Shown here piece after piece: positions 12,276 through 25,700 of a stretch of DNA of 64,000 nucleotides (position 1 is the first letter of the stretch; each line of letters opens with the position of its first letter). The notes beneath the pieces are model-generated. The model did no database searches. It had not been told where the DNA came from and worked only from the letters and a program-made list of their open reading frames with translations. The position numbers and the translations under genes were made by a program. The stretch is from Microbotryum violaceum. Lineage: Eukaryota. Location: contig CDLV01000007.1 of the NCBI GenBank assembly GCA_001244265.2, forward strand, positions 2,232,001 through 2,296,000, in the 5' to 3' direction.

Positions 12276-15200
12276 ATGCAGTTCGTTCCGCCCATGGACG
12301 CCGCCCCACTTGCCTCGGCAGCCACGAATAGTTCGAGATCGACTCCACCCCTCGCTTCGACCAGTAGGCTCGTGGTGCCTCCCGCTTGCTCCACCTCTCC
12401 ACGGAGCTCTCCCCCTTCGTCTGCCTACCGCATCGGCGACAGCAACATCAAGAAGAGGGAACGACCCCGTCTCAGCTCATCCTCAGCGACGTGCTTGCCC
12501 CCTCGCTACGAACGACCCGAGTCACTCGAGAGGCCCAACCCCGCTTCTGCAAGCGATCATCCGTCCAACGGCTCACTCGAACCAGACACAGACGGCGAAG
12601 GGCAAGAGCAGGACAATTGCGACGCCAATACCGACGATCGAAACAGCATACTTTATAAGAAAAGATCCGTCCCACCCAAGCCCCGTGGTGGAGCGAGGGC
12701 CGGCATCGCCTGTGTCACCTGCAGGTCGGTCCAGATGGCTAGCTCGTACGCAAGATGTCATAGCTGACTCTCTCGATCCAACACTTCAACAGGAAGAGAA
12801 AGATCAGATGTTCAGCCGAATGGCCAAAGTGTGCTTTTTGTTCGAGAAAGAAGCTGGCGTGCGAATACCACGGTCATCCCGCAGAAACGAGTAGACCGTT
12901 AATGACCATCGTACCGGGGTTAGTCTCCAGACCATCGGCTAAAAACAATGGTTTCGGGCCCCACGTCCCGAACAAAGATATACTGACTTTGAGTTGCTCG
13001 TCGTTTTCGTAGACCGCCGCCGATACCCTTGCAAGGTCAAGATATTTTGCCGTCCAAAGAGATTATGCTCGAGGCTCTGGAGCCTTTCTTTGCGCACTAG
13101 TACGTTCATCCCGGTGTACCGCTCAAATATCACCATGATAGATTCTGACGCAAATTTTTTGCGCAAAGTTCAGCTACGACACGTTCTACTTTCTGCATCG
13201 GCCGACCTTGACTGAAGCGATCAAGCGTGGCATCGAACCGAATGCGAACGGGCTCATGTGCTGCGTCTTGGCGTTCGCTGCTCGGTCAGTTCCGGTTCGC
13301 ACATTTTCAGTTTGATAATCTCACCTTACTGAAGCCCCCTCGTAATGCCAGATTTTGCGTCACATTACAAGCACTCTACCCTTTGTCATCCTCAGCCGCA
13401 TCGGATCATTTCTGTTCGTTGGCCTCGCAAATCTTATCCCATCCACCACCACCTCGGAACGATCACGATAGCACACATCACGCGACTCGCAATGCTTCGA
13501 CGGGAGATGGGGAGATCTCCTTGATTCGGTGTCAGGCGTTCCTTATGCTCGGATTATACGAATGCACGGAAGGACACGAAAACAAAGGTTGGCTCAAGAT
13601 TGGAGCTGCCATACGTTTGGCCCAAGTGATGAAACTAGGTGCGTCAAGAGACATCGCTCGAGCCTGGCCGTCTATCAGCGAAGCTGACTCTATGTCGGTC
13701 CATGCAGGTTTCGAGGACGAAGAGGAAGGTGCGTCCTCGCGGGCTAGGTCGGACCCTTTACTCGCCGAAACGCGTCGACGAACGTTCTGGAGTCTGTTCC
13801 TGCTCGATCGAACCGTTTCGGATGGCAAAGAACGACCTTGTTCGCTCAAGGCGCCCCTATCAATGATGCTTCGGCTACCAGGCCCGGACCAGGACTTTTT
13901 TCTTGGTCGACCGACAGCTGGCGCTCGCTTCGAAGCCGATCCAAAACCGTGGAGTTTGAGCATCAAAGCTGCTGAACATGCCGCGAACGATTCGACGTCC
14001 AACAACGTCGTCGAGGTTGATTTGTATGGAATGACATTGAGAGTCGCCGAGATTTGGCAACAAGTTGTTACGTACGTTGGTTCGGGTGGGAGGAACATTG
14101 ATCGAAGACCGCCTTGGACGCCCGAATCGACGTTCGCGGACCTGCAACGGAAACTGTCTGGTTTCGGCGCGCAACTAAGTCCACAATTGCAAGCGACGAG
14201 GGACAATTTGCTCGCGTACACGCTGTCGAACCAAGGACGGCTCTTTGGAATGTTGCACATCCTCTACTCGACGGCGAGATTGGTCCTGCATCGCGACTAC
14301 CTCCCCTTCCTACCCCCTGTCGACTACCTCGCTTCCTCCGGACCCGCCGATGGTGAACCCCTCTATGGGTCCCCCAACGTCGTCGCGCCCGAAGGCTGGT
14401 GGTCCTCCTCTTTTGAAGCCGCGATCAAAGCCTCCCAAACGATCATCCAAGTCCAAACTCACCTCTTAACGCACCACCAAACCCTCACGCACCCCTTCGC
14501 CGGCTTCGCGGCCTTGACAACGGGTACGATCATGCTTCACTTGAAATATTGGCCGCAAAATCGATCTACCGAGATTCTGAGCGTTCGAGAAGTGCACGAA
14601 ACGATCGAAGCGACGACGACGATCTTGGCTGCTTTGAAGGACGTGTACCCCGTTGGTGCGCATTGGTGCGACGGCTTGGCCAAGTTACAATTACTGTATT
14701 CGAATCATGTGAGGGGTGTGTTGGCAGTTTCGGATCCGACCAAGGTTAGGGCCGGAGTGATCAAGATGTTGAGGACGGCCAAGGAGGAAGGGACGCAGCC
14801 GGAGACGACGGCGGCTACTTCGGGTTCGAGTTCGGGCGGCTCGACGGGGAACAAGGGAAATTTGTCCAAGGCGATAACGAACGAGAAGAAGCGCAAGAGG
14901 GTAGAACAGGATGGTGGGTCCAGTTTCGGCGGTACGAACCCAACGAAGAAATCTACGAACAACCAATGCACACCGAATTCGACGACGTCACCTACGACCA
15001 CCACCTCCGGCACGTCCCACGACAGAGCCTGCGTCTCAGCCTCCACGACCCCTTTGACCACCTCGAGGGAACTCCCTCACCTCTCGCTGACGAACCCCAA
15101 CGATCCGTCCTACTTTGACCCCAACAACGACCTTTTCTCGCACCTCGACCTGCACTCGCAATTTGACCTCACCCCACCCGCTAATATGCACGCCGGTCCT

Positions 15201-15536
15201 TACCTCCTCCATCCTCATCACCCAAATGGGCTCCATCTCTCCACCCACGAAGGCCACGCCGATGACCCGAATTCAACGACGACGACGAGTTACGATTTCT
15301 GGTCCCATCCTGCCACTTTCGGTGGCTGGGGATTAGGGTGGAATGGATTCGGTCTGATGAGTTCTTTCGATACTTCGCCTTGGTCGGTTGATTGGGGTGG
15401 GATAGGAGCGAGTGCGCCACCCGCTACGACCGTACCGACGAGTTTGGAATCGTCGGGATCGACTCGTCAACAGGGTGCGGCGCAGGCTGCTCCACCGCAT
15501 CCTTCAGGTGTGGGGGTTGGTTTTGGGCATTATTGA
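12276..15536 (+). CDS. Zn(II)2Cys6 transcription factor with fungal-specific TF middle domain
   Basis: ACVTCR|KRKIRCSAEWPKCAFCSRKKLACEY. Middle-homology region GWLKIGAAIRLAQVMKL...ETRRRTFWSLFLLDR. Confidence 0.9.
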
Positions 15537-16222
15537 CTAGGAGGGACTATATAAAACGGATCGCATGGTATGGAGGAGGGAAGGACGTGATCTTTATACT
15601 GTCTGTTCCAGAATTGGTAAGGCCTGCCAAGCCCGCGAGATCAAACTTTGGGGGTCTTTTCCTCACGTTTGGCTCTGCATCGGATCAGTACATTGTTCAA
15701 CTCCCATGTAGCATTTCCACAACCTCCCGAAGGCTGTGAAAACCCCACAAACTCTGCGGGCGTCCGCGAGGGTCGCCCGATCTTGCAACAAGTAGTCGAT
15801 CCGAATCCGGAGTGGTAGCAACTTCTTTGACCGTTCGTTCGGGGCATCTTCATGCTGGACATCACCCAGACGAACCGACAGATGGAATCATAACGTTCCA
15901 ACTCAAGATTAAAACTCGGGCAGGGCGTATTCGAAGAGCAGTGTACGCCCACGCCAATCGGTCATGCAAGCGGATCAAAATTTTCGTCACTGAGCGATTC
16001 GCCTGCTTCGGCATTGCGGTTGGGGGACCAGGTTCTCGAGAGTCCCAATGGTAGATATTGTTTGATTTTGAAGTAATGATTTCAATCAGCACTTCCTAAC
16101 CTGTACCAGGGAATAAAATACGAACATGCCCAAAACATTGCGAAGAACGATGCGAGATGCGAAAACATGCGAACGAAGACCCAGCCGAAGCCATGAACGA
16201 TCAGGTACCTCCTCTCACCATT

Positions 16223-17885
16223 TTATTCAACGGTCATTTCCTCCTCCACTACTTGTGCCTTCTGCACCCACTTCATCAACGTCTGTATTCCTGTTGGTTT
16301 TTCGTCAGATTCGATCGCTATACTCTCGCCCTTACCCATTCTCTCCGCTTTCGTTTTGGTCTCTATAGTAGCGGGCACCCATCCAACCAATGGCGTCGCA
16401 CCACTTTCGTACCTCGCGTCATCGAGATAGAACAACACTCCATCCCATTTCGAACAAGGTGCTCGATCCAGTGTTGACCAAGTCGTTGAAAAGGCCGTAA
16501 CGAGCCAGTACGCCAAAGCTGACGGGGTTAATAAAGGTGCGTCCAAGGTGGGGACGGGGAGAAGTTGTGTCGAGTTTGGATTACCAGTGATGGCGGGTTC
16601 AAGTTCGGAGAGTCGAGATTGAAGGAACCATTTTCTGGGCAAGATCGAAGCGGATAAGGCTCAACGATCAAGTCTGGGGTTCACTTTTCTCGTGAATCTA
16701 GGACCGTTTCGTAGAGGGACTTACCTGAACACGTGCTCGTGATCGACGTAGTACACGCCAGTCCATTTGATGAGGTCCAGAACCCAGAGTGTGTTGGTCG
16801 TGGAATCATAGATGGTGTCGAGGAAGCAATCGGGAGGAAGAGCAGGAACGTAGATGCGGGATAAGGTTCGACTGCGGAGGAGGTTTGCGGCGTGTTGTAT
16901 AAGCAAGTGTCTGGGGCCAATTGGGGTGTACAACACCAAGACATGTTTTTGCACTGACCCAGAAACGCGAGAGTAGAGGATCGCGTTACTGCCATCTGGG
17001 GGTTGGGAACAGGTCTAACCTCGGGATCAGCATGTCTCATGAGATGGAAAATTTGTTCACGAGCAATAAAACTGACTGGCCAGATGGATTGTCGCGCACA
17101 GACATCTGTCAAGACGTCCATTCAAAAAACCATTTCACTGCCATTCAGCGATCCGATTCACAATTCCAGCTGCGCTCGACGTCCACTCACCTCTTTCCGA
17201 CCGGACACAGTTTGAGACTCCAGGCACCCGTCCAGAACGCTTCCGGTAAACCATGCTCGAGATCGAGCGTCTCGGCATGCGTCAAGAGATTGCTCGCCCA
17301 TGGTTTGTACACTTGTTTCGTGGAACGACGACGTCGTCGGTTTTGCTGCAACTTGGGTCGGCGAGTTGACGACGGAGTGCTGGCACTGGTCGGTGACGGT
17401 CCGTCTGGACTCGAATCACTTTCCGCGACGATGGCCATCATCTCGCCTTCTGGTTCCGATCCATCCTCTGACGCATCTTCGTATTGCGCATCAGTCGTTG
17501 CTGAGCCTAGGGAGAGTTGTTCGACCGAATCCAAGTCGATGGGATCATTGTACAGGTGGGAACGACGCGCTCGTTCAAACGCATGCGTGCGTCGCTGTCA
17601 AAGGTAAGGGAGCTGAGTGAGAAAAGCACACACACGGACAGCTCAGTCTCGATGTGCCTGGTCGATTCTTGCCCACTGGAGGTGTTTGAGCGCACGCACA
17701 TGGACGTTCAGTACACCGGGACATCTCCTGAAGGTACTGACCTGCTTTTGCAACTCGAGCGCCTCCTTCCTTCTCCTCTCGTGACTGGTGGCCAGGGTTA
17801 GCACACCGGAAGGTGGGGCGTGCACGTGCACGAGATGACGAAACAACGGTGGCGATCGACTCGCACTGCGCGAAGAGGGGTCCAT
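16223..17885 (-). CDS. SNUPN: Snurportin-1-like m3G-cap-binding snRNP import adaptor
   Basis: IBB-like HERRRKEALELQKQ|RRTHAFERAR. Cap-binding domain motifs WSLKLCPVGKR, LDTIYD...LWVLDLIKW, FR|KWFLQSRLSE and DGVLFYLDDARYESGATPLVGW. Confidence 0.85.
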
Positions 17886-18512
17886 CACTTGAGCCTACTG
17901 GGACCGGGGTGATGTTCGCTTGATTTCGATCTTGGTCACCCGCGATCAAGGTCGAGCAGTGGTGGGATTGATGGGCATCGTCGTGGAAAAAGCGGCGGAA
18001 TCGATGGCCGCATGAGAGTTTCGTCTTCCGGCGCGTTGTCCCTCCCGAGTGTTCTCAGTCATTTACTGACGCGTTCATTCTTTCGTGATCGTACTTTGAC
18101 AAGGGGTGAGCCGATACTATATACACCGGACCGAGATCATTTCGGAGCTGCCGAAACACGAAACAATTTTTTTCGAGTCGACGAATCCTTTTTTCAAAAC
18201 AGCAGCCTGTACTATTCCAACGTAGCTCGTTCGGTCTTTTTTCTTTGTTTCTGATTACCCCGGCTTTCGAACAATGAGACAAAAAATCTTGCCTCCCATT
18301 CAAAGATATCTGCCATCTAGGACCAGTTTCGGGGATAACTCCGCGCTGAGGCTCTGACCACAGAGCACAGAGCGGGCCTCCCTCCTGCCCCCCCCCCCCC
18401 GACGATCCCGCAACAATCCGTACCCACCCACCTCCAAATCCCGCAACAATCCGTACCCACCCACCTCCAACCCCCCAACGTCCGCCCGCCCGCCCGCCCG
18501 CAAAAACGAAAC

Positions 18513-18905
18513 ATGTCCTCCCCAGCTCAAGAAGTCGACGCATCCCCTCCAAGCCCGCTCGGCACGCCGTCCTCCTTCCTGCAAACGGTCGTCGGTAACC
18601 GCGTTCTGGTCCGACTCAATTCGGGCGTTTCCTACCACGGTATCCTCAATTGTTTGGACGGCTACATGAACATCGCCTTGGAGAATACGGAGGAATGGGT
18701 TCAAGGGAAAAAGACGAATGAGTTTGGGGACGCGTTCGTTAGAGGGAATAATGGTACGTTCACAGCTTCTTCCTTCTGTCCTTTGTTTGGAAGCCGTATG
18801 TGCGCTGTGCGCTGTGCGATGTGCGATGTGCGATGTGCAATGTGCAGGTTTTGATTGGGTTGGGTTGGTGTGGTTGCAGTACTGTATATTTCAAAGATGG
18901 ATTGA
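18513..18905 (+). CDS. LSM6: U6 snRNA-associated Sm-like protein Lsm6
   Basis: VLVRLNSGVSYHGILNCLDGYMNIALENTEE..FGDAFVRGNN|VLYISKMD*. One intron (~18755-18879). Confidence 0.93.
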
Positions 18906-19559
18906 GCGGGGCGAATCAAGGACGAGCATCCATCCGTACGAGTGATGGCGACGAGGTTGACGACGACGACGACGTACTGCAACACCCGAGGCGTGATTCA
19001 AAGTACTGCATCGACGAGGAGGACGTGGGGTAACTACCAACCAGTGTAATTGATGTAATAGCAGACAGATGGGATTGTTTGGGCAAGCAGGATGTCGCGA
19101 AAGCGCACTGGTCAAGCGCATGTACGGGAGGGGAGACACGAGAATGGACCCAAAGCTACATGGCCGAAACCATGAACAGATACAGCTCGTGAGGTACCCA
19201 CAGAAAATTTTGGTTTGCTCGGACCAGAGCCAAACCTCCGAGCTAGCCTCTTCATCGTTGTAAAACGCCTTGTCGAAATCGCCATCGCCATCGCCAAAGC
19301 CAAAGCCAAAGCCAAAGCCAAAGCCAAAGCTTAAGCCTGACTTTCTCTCGTCTTGCGCCTCACCAATACGACTGTTACATAGGCCTATGATCATTTCATC
19401 CAATCATAGACACACCCACACACACACACACGTGCGCAGAGAACGGAAAAGCCCGTCCTCTTTTCCTCCTCGCCACGACGGGATCCCAAGATCCTGCTGC
19501 TTCTCCTCCTTTGACCGCTTTTGGTTTTCATTCGTCCCTCTTTTTTGGGTCGGAAGGGC

Positions 19560-20582
19560 TTATCGGGGACCGTAGCTATGGGAAGTTCGCAGGATCAAAG
19601 TCAGCGGCACCGTCGGACAGACCATCAAGGGGTGGACCTTACCCCGGTGGAGGGGCCATGCCGGGGAATCCAGGTGGCCTGTGGGTTGATTCAGATCAAG
19701 TGATGAGGTGTCAGCAAAAACAAAACAAAATTGGAATTGAATGGATCGTATTAGACGCTGCGGGGTGCGCACATCAAGCCGGGCATGCCAGGAGGGGGAG
19801 CGAAGGTTTGAGGTGCTTGTCGCCTGGGGAGTGATACAGGACAGCACGTCAGCTTGCACATGCTTTTCCGATAATTGGATGTCCGACTGACATTGTGGGA
19901 GGAGCGAGACCCATGCCACGACCTGCGGGTGCTCCGACGCCGGGTCCCATACCGATCTGGGGTGTGAAGGCGCATAGTGTGAGCGCGATGAGCTCCCCAT
20001 ACAGCTAGCTAAAACACGATCGAAACCTACGTGAGGGTGAGCACCTGCACGTTGTTCCTCCTGAACGGGCGGTGGTCCCTGCACAGTGAGGGTGACGATC
20101 GTTTCCCCCCTGAGGATAACCAAGCCCAAGGTCCTCTTCATCTCATCCTCTCCGTCGTCCTCATCCTCGATCGTCACGCCCGGTACAGCGGCCGCTTTGG
20201 ACGCCGACGATTTGACCCGACGGAACTCTTCGCATTCGGCGAGGACGAGGTTCATGTACTTGTCAAAGGCGAGCAGTTGGCCGATGAGCGTGCGCGTGTC
20301 GTTGAGGGTCACCTTGACGCGGTAATTGATGATCGACGCGAGCTTGCCGCCCTTTTTGGAAGACTGTTGAGCTTGGTTGGGGTGGTGGTGGGTGGTGGGT
20401 GGTGAGTGTGGGTATGGTGGTGGGAAAAGAGTGGTGGTGGGACCGGTCAAGGCGGCAAAGGCGGAGGCAAAGAGTCACGCGGTCACAGCGAGCACATGCA
20501 AAAAGGCAAAAGATACACCAAAGGGTTAGCCAACGTTCACGACACCCGAGTCAAAAAAGTGTGCTTTGTGTTGACTTGCCAT
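19560..20582 (-). CDS. SMB1: Small nuclear ribonucleoprotein SmB
   Basis: INYRVKVTLNDTRTLIGQLLAFDKYMNLVLAECEEFRRVK...KRTLGLVILRGETIVTLTVQGPPP, followed by a Pro/Gly-rich GRG-containing tail across small exons. The first exon is ATG only. Confidence 0.93.
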
Positions 20583-20965
20583 GATCAAGTTGGGGTGTAT
20601 GGGGTAGGGTGGGGTCCGCGGTCAAGACGGAGAGCTGCACGGCGGCACGGGGTGAGCACGACATTCCTAATGCACCATTACACAACATCCGAGGCGCTAA
20701 TCCCAAATGAGCCCGAGCCCGAGCCCGAGCCCGAGCTAGCCCGAGCAACGAGCACGACGAGCACGACGAGCACGGGTCGACGACGATCGACTCGGCCTTT
20801 GGGCTCAGCACCTCACCCTCTCAGTCTCGGCCTCGACATCGCCGCTCACCTCACTCGATCACCTCCTTAGCTTGTCCACCAAGCGCTCCTGCTCACTCGC
20901 GTACGTAGATCGTACGTAGATCCGTTCACTGCGACTGTGCTGCCTCCTGGTTCTCGTCAGCCACG

Positions 20966-22023
20966 ATGGCCGCCAATGCTGCGCTTCCGAAACGGATCAT
21001 CAAGGTGAGATACGAGTTGTTCTCCGAGCCATTTCAAAGATCTATATAACACTTTTGGCTCCCGCCGCAGCTGTCTCGCTCACCCGAGCACTGCAGCTCG
21101 GCGCGGTTCGTCATCATCCGTCCTCGGCTCCGTCCTCGGCGGCGTCCTCGGCGGCGTCCTCGGCGGCGTCCTCGGCGGCGTCCTCGGCGGCGTCCTCGGC
21201 GGCGTCCCAGCTCGCGTCCGTCAACAGTGAAAGCGTTCCTGCCCAACTCTAGCCAGATCTTTTACTCGCAGCACGAGCCACGATCGCCCTTCCCAGCACA
21301 TACTGACCCTCTGTGCTCTGTCACAGGAAACGCAACGCTTGATCGCCGACAGCCCACCTGGCATCTCGGCCGTACCCCACGACGACAACCTGCGGTACTT
21401 TGACGTGCTCGTCTCGGGGCCCGAGGGGTCACCTTTCGAGGGTCAGTCAGTTTCCCGCATTCACGGAGCTTGTGGTGCGATGGGGGGTGCTGAGATTCCC
21501 AAGTGTTTGCTCTCAAAGGCGGCGTGTTCAAGCTCGAGCTGTTCCTGCCCGAAGAGTACCCCATGGCCCCTCCCAAAGTCCGCTTCCTCACCAAACTCTA
21601 CCACCCCAACATTGGCAAGTCCCTTTCCCCCGACTGAATTCGATCCCCTTTCCTCTGATCCCTCTGATCCCTCTGATCCTGACCGATCATCCACTTACCA
21701 CAGACAAACTGGGGCGCATCTGCCTCGATATCCTCAAGGACAAGTGGTCCCCCGCGTTGCAGATCCGTACCGTGCTCCTGTCCGTCCAAGCGCTCTTGTC
21801 CGCTCCGAATCCAGTACGCCAACAAGACCCCAACTGTCGAACAACCTTTTCGAGTGGATTTAAATGGATTTTAGACTGCTGATGACGGATTTCACTCTTT
21901 CTCGTTCTTCTTCAGGACGATCCGTTGGCCAACGATGTCGCGGCGCATTGGAAGGAGAATGAGAAGGACGCGATGAGGGTCAGCAGGGAATGGACCCAGA
22001 AGTACGCGTCGGCTTCGGCTTAG
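20966..22023 (+). CDS. UBC13: Ubiquitin-conjugating enzyme E2 Ubc13
   Basis: [32 protein letters not shown]...[75 protein letters not shown]. Confidence 0.95.
21119..21207 (+). repeat. 12-bp tandem repeat (CGTCCTCGGCGG)x~7 in UBC13 intron 1
   Basis: Directly visible tandem array. Confidence 0.9.
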
Positions 22024-22766
22024 GCGAGTGAACCATACCAGAGCAGCCACGTCATGTTTTTGATCCACGACGGGGGTGGTCACGGGGGAGGGATGGGTAC
22101 GGTGCTTATTCGTGCGACAAGTTGGGGGCGGGAACGGTCATTGAGATCGACCGTATGGAGCGTCCTCCCCACGAGATGACGCAAATGTTACGCATTTTTA
22201 CTTTGTTGCGCATGTCCTCCTTACCCTACCCTACATGGACATTCCACCTCTTTGAGATTCTCGTCAATTACTAGCGTTCGCTCCAGACAACGCCGTTTTC
22301 TGATTCGCCACCCTCCCACCTCTCTCTGTCTTTGAAGGCTTTTTTCTCGTCTACATCCTGTCTTTTCCTTTGTGTCTTTCGTCTCCTTCTTTTGTGTGTG
22401 TGTAAGAGCATACCTTTTCCGTTCCGTTCAACCTCAAGTCCTCTGGACCCGAGAGTGGCGTCGTCCACGAGGTCCGGGCGCGCGCGAGAGAGAGAACCGG
22501 AAAGAAAGGCAACGCCGCGCAGTCTGGCGCGTTCGGGGCGAGCTCGCGCGATCGGTTCGGCTCTCGACTGCTCGCTCACACCAATCCCTTACAGAGCTCA
22601 CCGCCCAGCTTCTCTGTGAGACAAAGACACCTTTTTGCACCTACACTCTCTGATCGCGTGTACCCCACGCCATCCGTCCCCATCGAGACTCGACAACCCC
22701 GACGAGGAGCAACCCACGAGTCATCTCCGCCCCTCTCAATCTCGGCCGCGTGACGAGTCAGCGATC

Positions 22767-25700
22767 ATGGCCGATTTGGAACAATTGGAGCTGCTATCAC
22801 TCGTCTCGGCCGTGTCGAGGGAATTGGTCAATCATACCGGCTTGGCGGGTACGTTTCAAAAGCTTCTGGGAACGGGGAAGAGCTTGATCACGTGTGTGGC
22901 TTGTCACAAGGAATACGACGACTGAACCCCCTCCCCTCCCTTGCACACACACGATTCCAATTCACCTCTAGATACGACCCTAGCCGAATTCCTAATTCAC
23001 CTTCACACCCAAGCCAAAACTTTCGACGATTTCAAAACGTCGGTCGTTCAAGTCGGTGCGAATTTCCCCGATTCGTTCCTCCAAGCCGTCGATCGTTTAG
23101 TGCTTTCGATGCATCCCCAGTACAAGAAGAAGGTTGAGAAGAGGAAGAAGAAGAAAGTGGGTAAGAAGGGGTTGGAGGGGGAGAAAGGAGATGGGGTCAT
23201 CGTCGTGGATGAGGAGAAGGAACGTCAGATCAGGTTGTTTCCCGGCTTGGCCGTCAAGGATGTGGAATGGAAATCCGCGGCGCAGATCGCTCAAGAGGAG
23301 GCGGACGAAAAAAGGCAAAAGGCGTTGGAGGCGGCCGGGAGTAAAGCGACCAGCGTGCCTGCACCGGGTCAAGAGGACGTCGATGATTTGTTCAAGCAGT
23401 TGGAAGGCGTCAAGAAGCGCGTTGCGGCGAGTGGCGACGACGAGGCGTCTTCGTCTTTTACGGGCAGGCACGAGCAGGACTCGGGCGGATACAAAAGGAG
23501 ACGATCGAGGTCACCCGATCATAACGATCAAGACAGGAGGAGGGGGAGATCACCGGACTATGAGCGTCGCAGCGGAGGTACCAACGAGAGGGAGAACGCG
23601 TGGGGTGATCGAAGGGGACGACCTTCCGAACCAGCACCTTACGACTCGCGCACGATGGGCGCTCCTCCCCGTCGCAACCGCCTCGACGAGAAACCGATAC
23701 TGTACAAGATCTACCCTGGAAAAGTATCGAACCTCAAGGATTTTGGCGCCTTCGTCTCATTGGAAGGTATCGTCGGTCGCGTCGAAGGGATGGTCCATAT
23801 CGGGATGATGTCGACGCAACGCATCACCCATCCTTCGGATCTGCTCTCGCGGGGTCAACCCGTCTTTGTCAAAGTCATGTCCATCACCGGTGGGCGTTTG
23901 TCACTTTCGATGAAGGACGCCGACCAAAAGACCGGAGCCGATCTAACGCCCCATCTGCGCGTCAAGACGGACGAAGAATTGGCCGAGGAAAGTCGTCGTC
24001 ATGCCGAACGAGCGGCGTCGGGTTCGAACGGCGTTCCGTTGAGGAGGTCATTCGCGGATGATCATAAGCAATCGTCCGCGAGGAGGATGACCAGTCCTGA
24101 ACGATGGGAGATCAAGCAATTGATTGCGTCGGGTGCTGCTTCCGCAGCGGATTATCCTGGCTTGGACGAGGATTACAGGAACGACCCCAATGCCGCGTTT
24201 GGGAATAATGATCTGGCCAACGAGGCCGATGAGGAATTGGATATTGAGATGAACGAGGCCGAAGCTCCCTTCTTGCAAGGACAGACCAAGAGGGCGCTCG
24301 AGTTGTCGCCCGTCAAGATCGTCAAGGCCCCCGATGGGGGATTGAATCGAGCCGCTTTGGCCGGTGCGGCCTTGGCGAAAGAACGACGCGAGTTGAAGGC
24401 GCAAGAAGCGGCGGATGCGGCGGATTCCGAAACGCGCGATTTGAGTACGCCTTGGCTCGATCCCATGACCGCTCCGCACGATCGAACGTTCGCTGCCGAT
24501 GCTCGTGGTGCGGCTGCGGGAGCTCATGCACAGAATGTGCCGGCTTGGAAAAAGGCGACGTTTAATCAGGCGACGACGTTCGGTAAGATCACGTCCATGA
24601 CGATGCAAGAACAGAGGCAGAGTCTGCCCATCTACAAGTTCCGCGACCAATTGATCGAAGCGTTCAGGACCAACCAAGTGCTCGTTGTTGTGGGGGATAC
24701 CGGATCGGGCAAGACGACGCAGATGACGCAATACCTCGCCGAAGCGGGGTACGCCGACAAGCTCAAAATCGGGTGCACGCAACCTCGTCGTGTCGCCGCC
24801 ATGTCCGTCGCGAAACGTGTTGCGGAAGAAGTGGGCTGTCGGTTAGGTCAAGAGGTCGGCTACACTATTCGTTTCGAGGATTGCACGAGCCCCGAGACCA
24901 AGATCAAGTACATGACCGATGGGATGTTGCAGAGGGAGTGTTTGGTCGATCCGGACATGTCGCAGTATTCGGTGTTGATGCTCGACGAGGCACACGAGAG
25001 GACGATCGCGACGGATGTCTTGTTTGGTTTGCTCAAGAGTGAGTGCGGGAGTGTGATCTAATCCTCGGGTAACTAGCGTGGGTGGCTGACGCAAAATGAT
25101 TTGCACTGCCCACTCAGAATCTCTCAAACGTCGACCTGATTTGAAGGTCATCGTCACCTCGGCGACGCTCGATGCCGAAAAGTTCTCCGAGTACTTTTTC
25201 GGTTGCCCCATCTTCACGATCCCCGGTCGCACGTACCCGGTCGAGATTCTCTACACCAAGGAACCCGAATCGGACTACCTCGACGCCTCGCTCATCACGG
25301 TCATGCAGATCCATCTGTCCGAACCACCCGGGGACATCCTCTTGTTCTTGACGGGTCAGGAAGAGATTGATACCTCTTGCGAGATTCTCTACGAGCGCAT
25401 GAAGGCTTTGGGACCGAACGTGCCGGATTTGATCATCTTGCCGATTTATTCGGCCTTGCCTTCCGAGATGCAATCCCGCATCTTCGATCCTGCTCCTCCC
25501 GGTTCACGCAAGGTCATCCTGGCGACCAACATTGCCGAAACGTCGTTGACGATCGATGGGATCTACTACGTCATCGACCCTGGATTCGTGAAGCAGAACG
25601 CGTACGATCCTCGGCTCGGGATGGACTCGCTCATCGTTACGCCCATCTCGCAAGCGCAGGCTCGACAACGTTCAGGACGTGCGGGCAGGACGGGGCCGGG

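Noticed and set aside
17990-18330. Possible snRNA gene (T-rich Sm-site-like AATTTTTTT) between snurportin and LSM6
   Set aside because: No U1, U2, U4, U5 or U6 signature sequences were found. It is more simply a T-rich bidirectional promoter.
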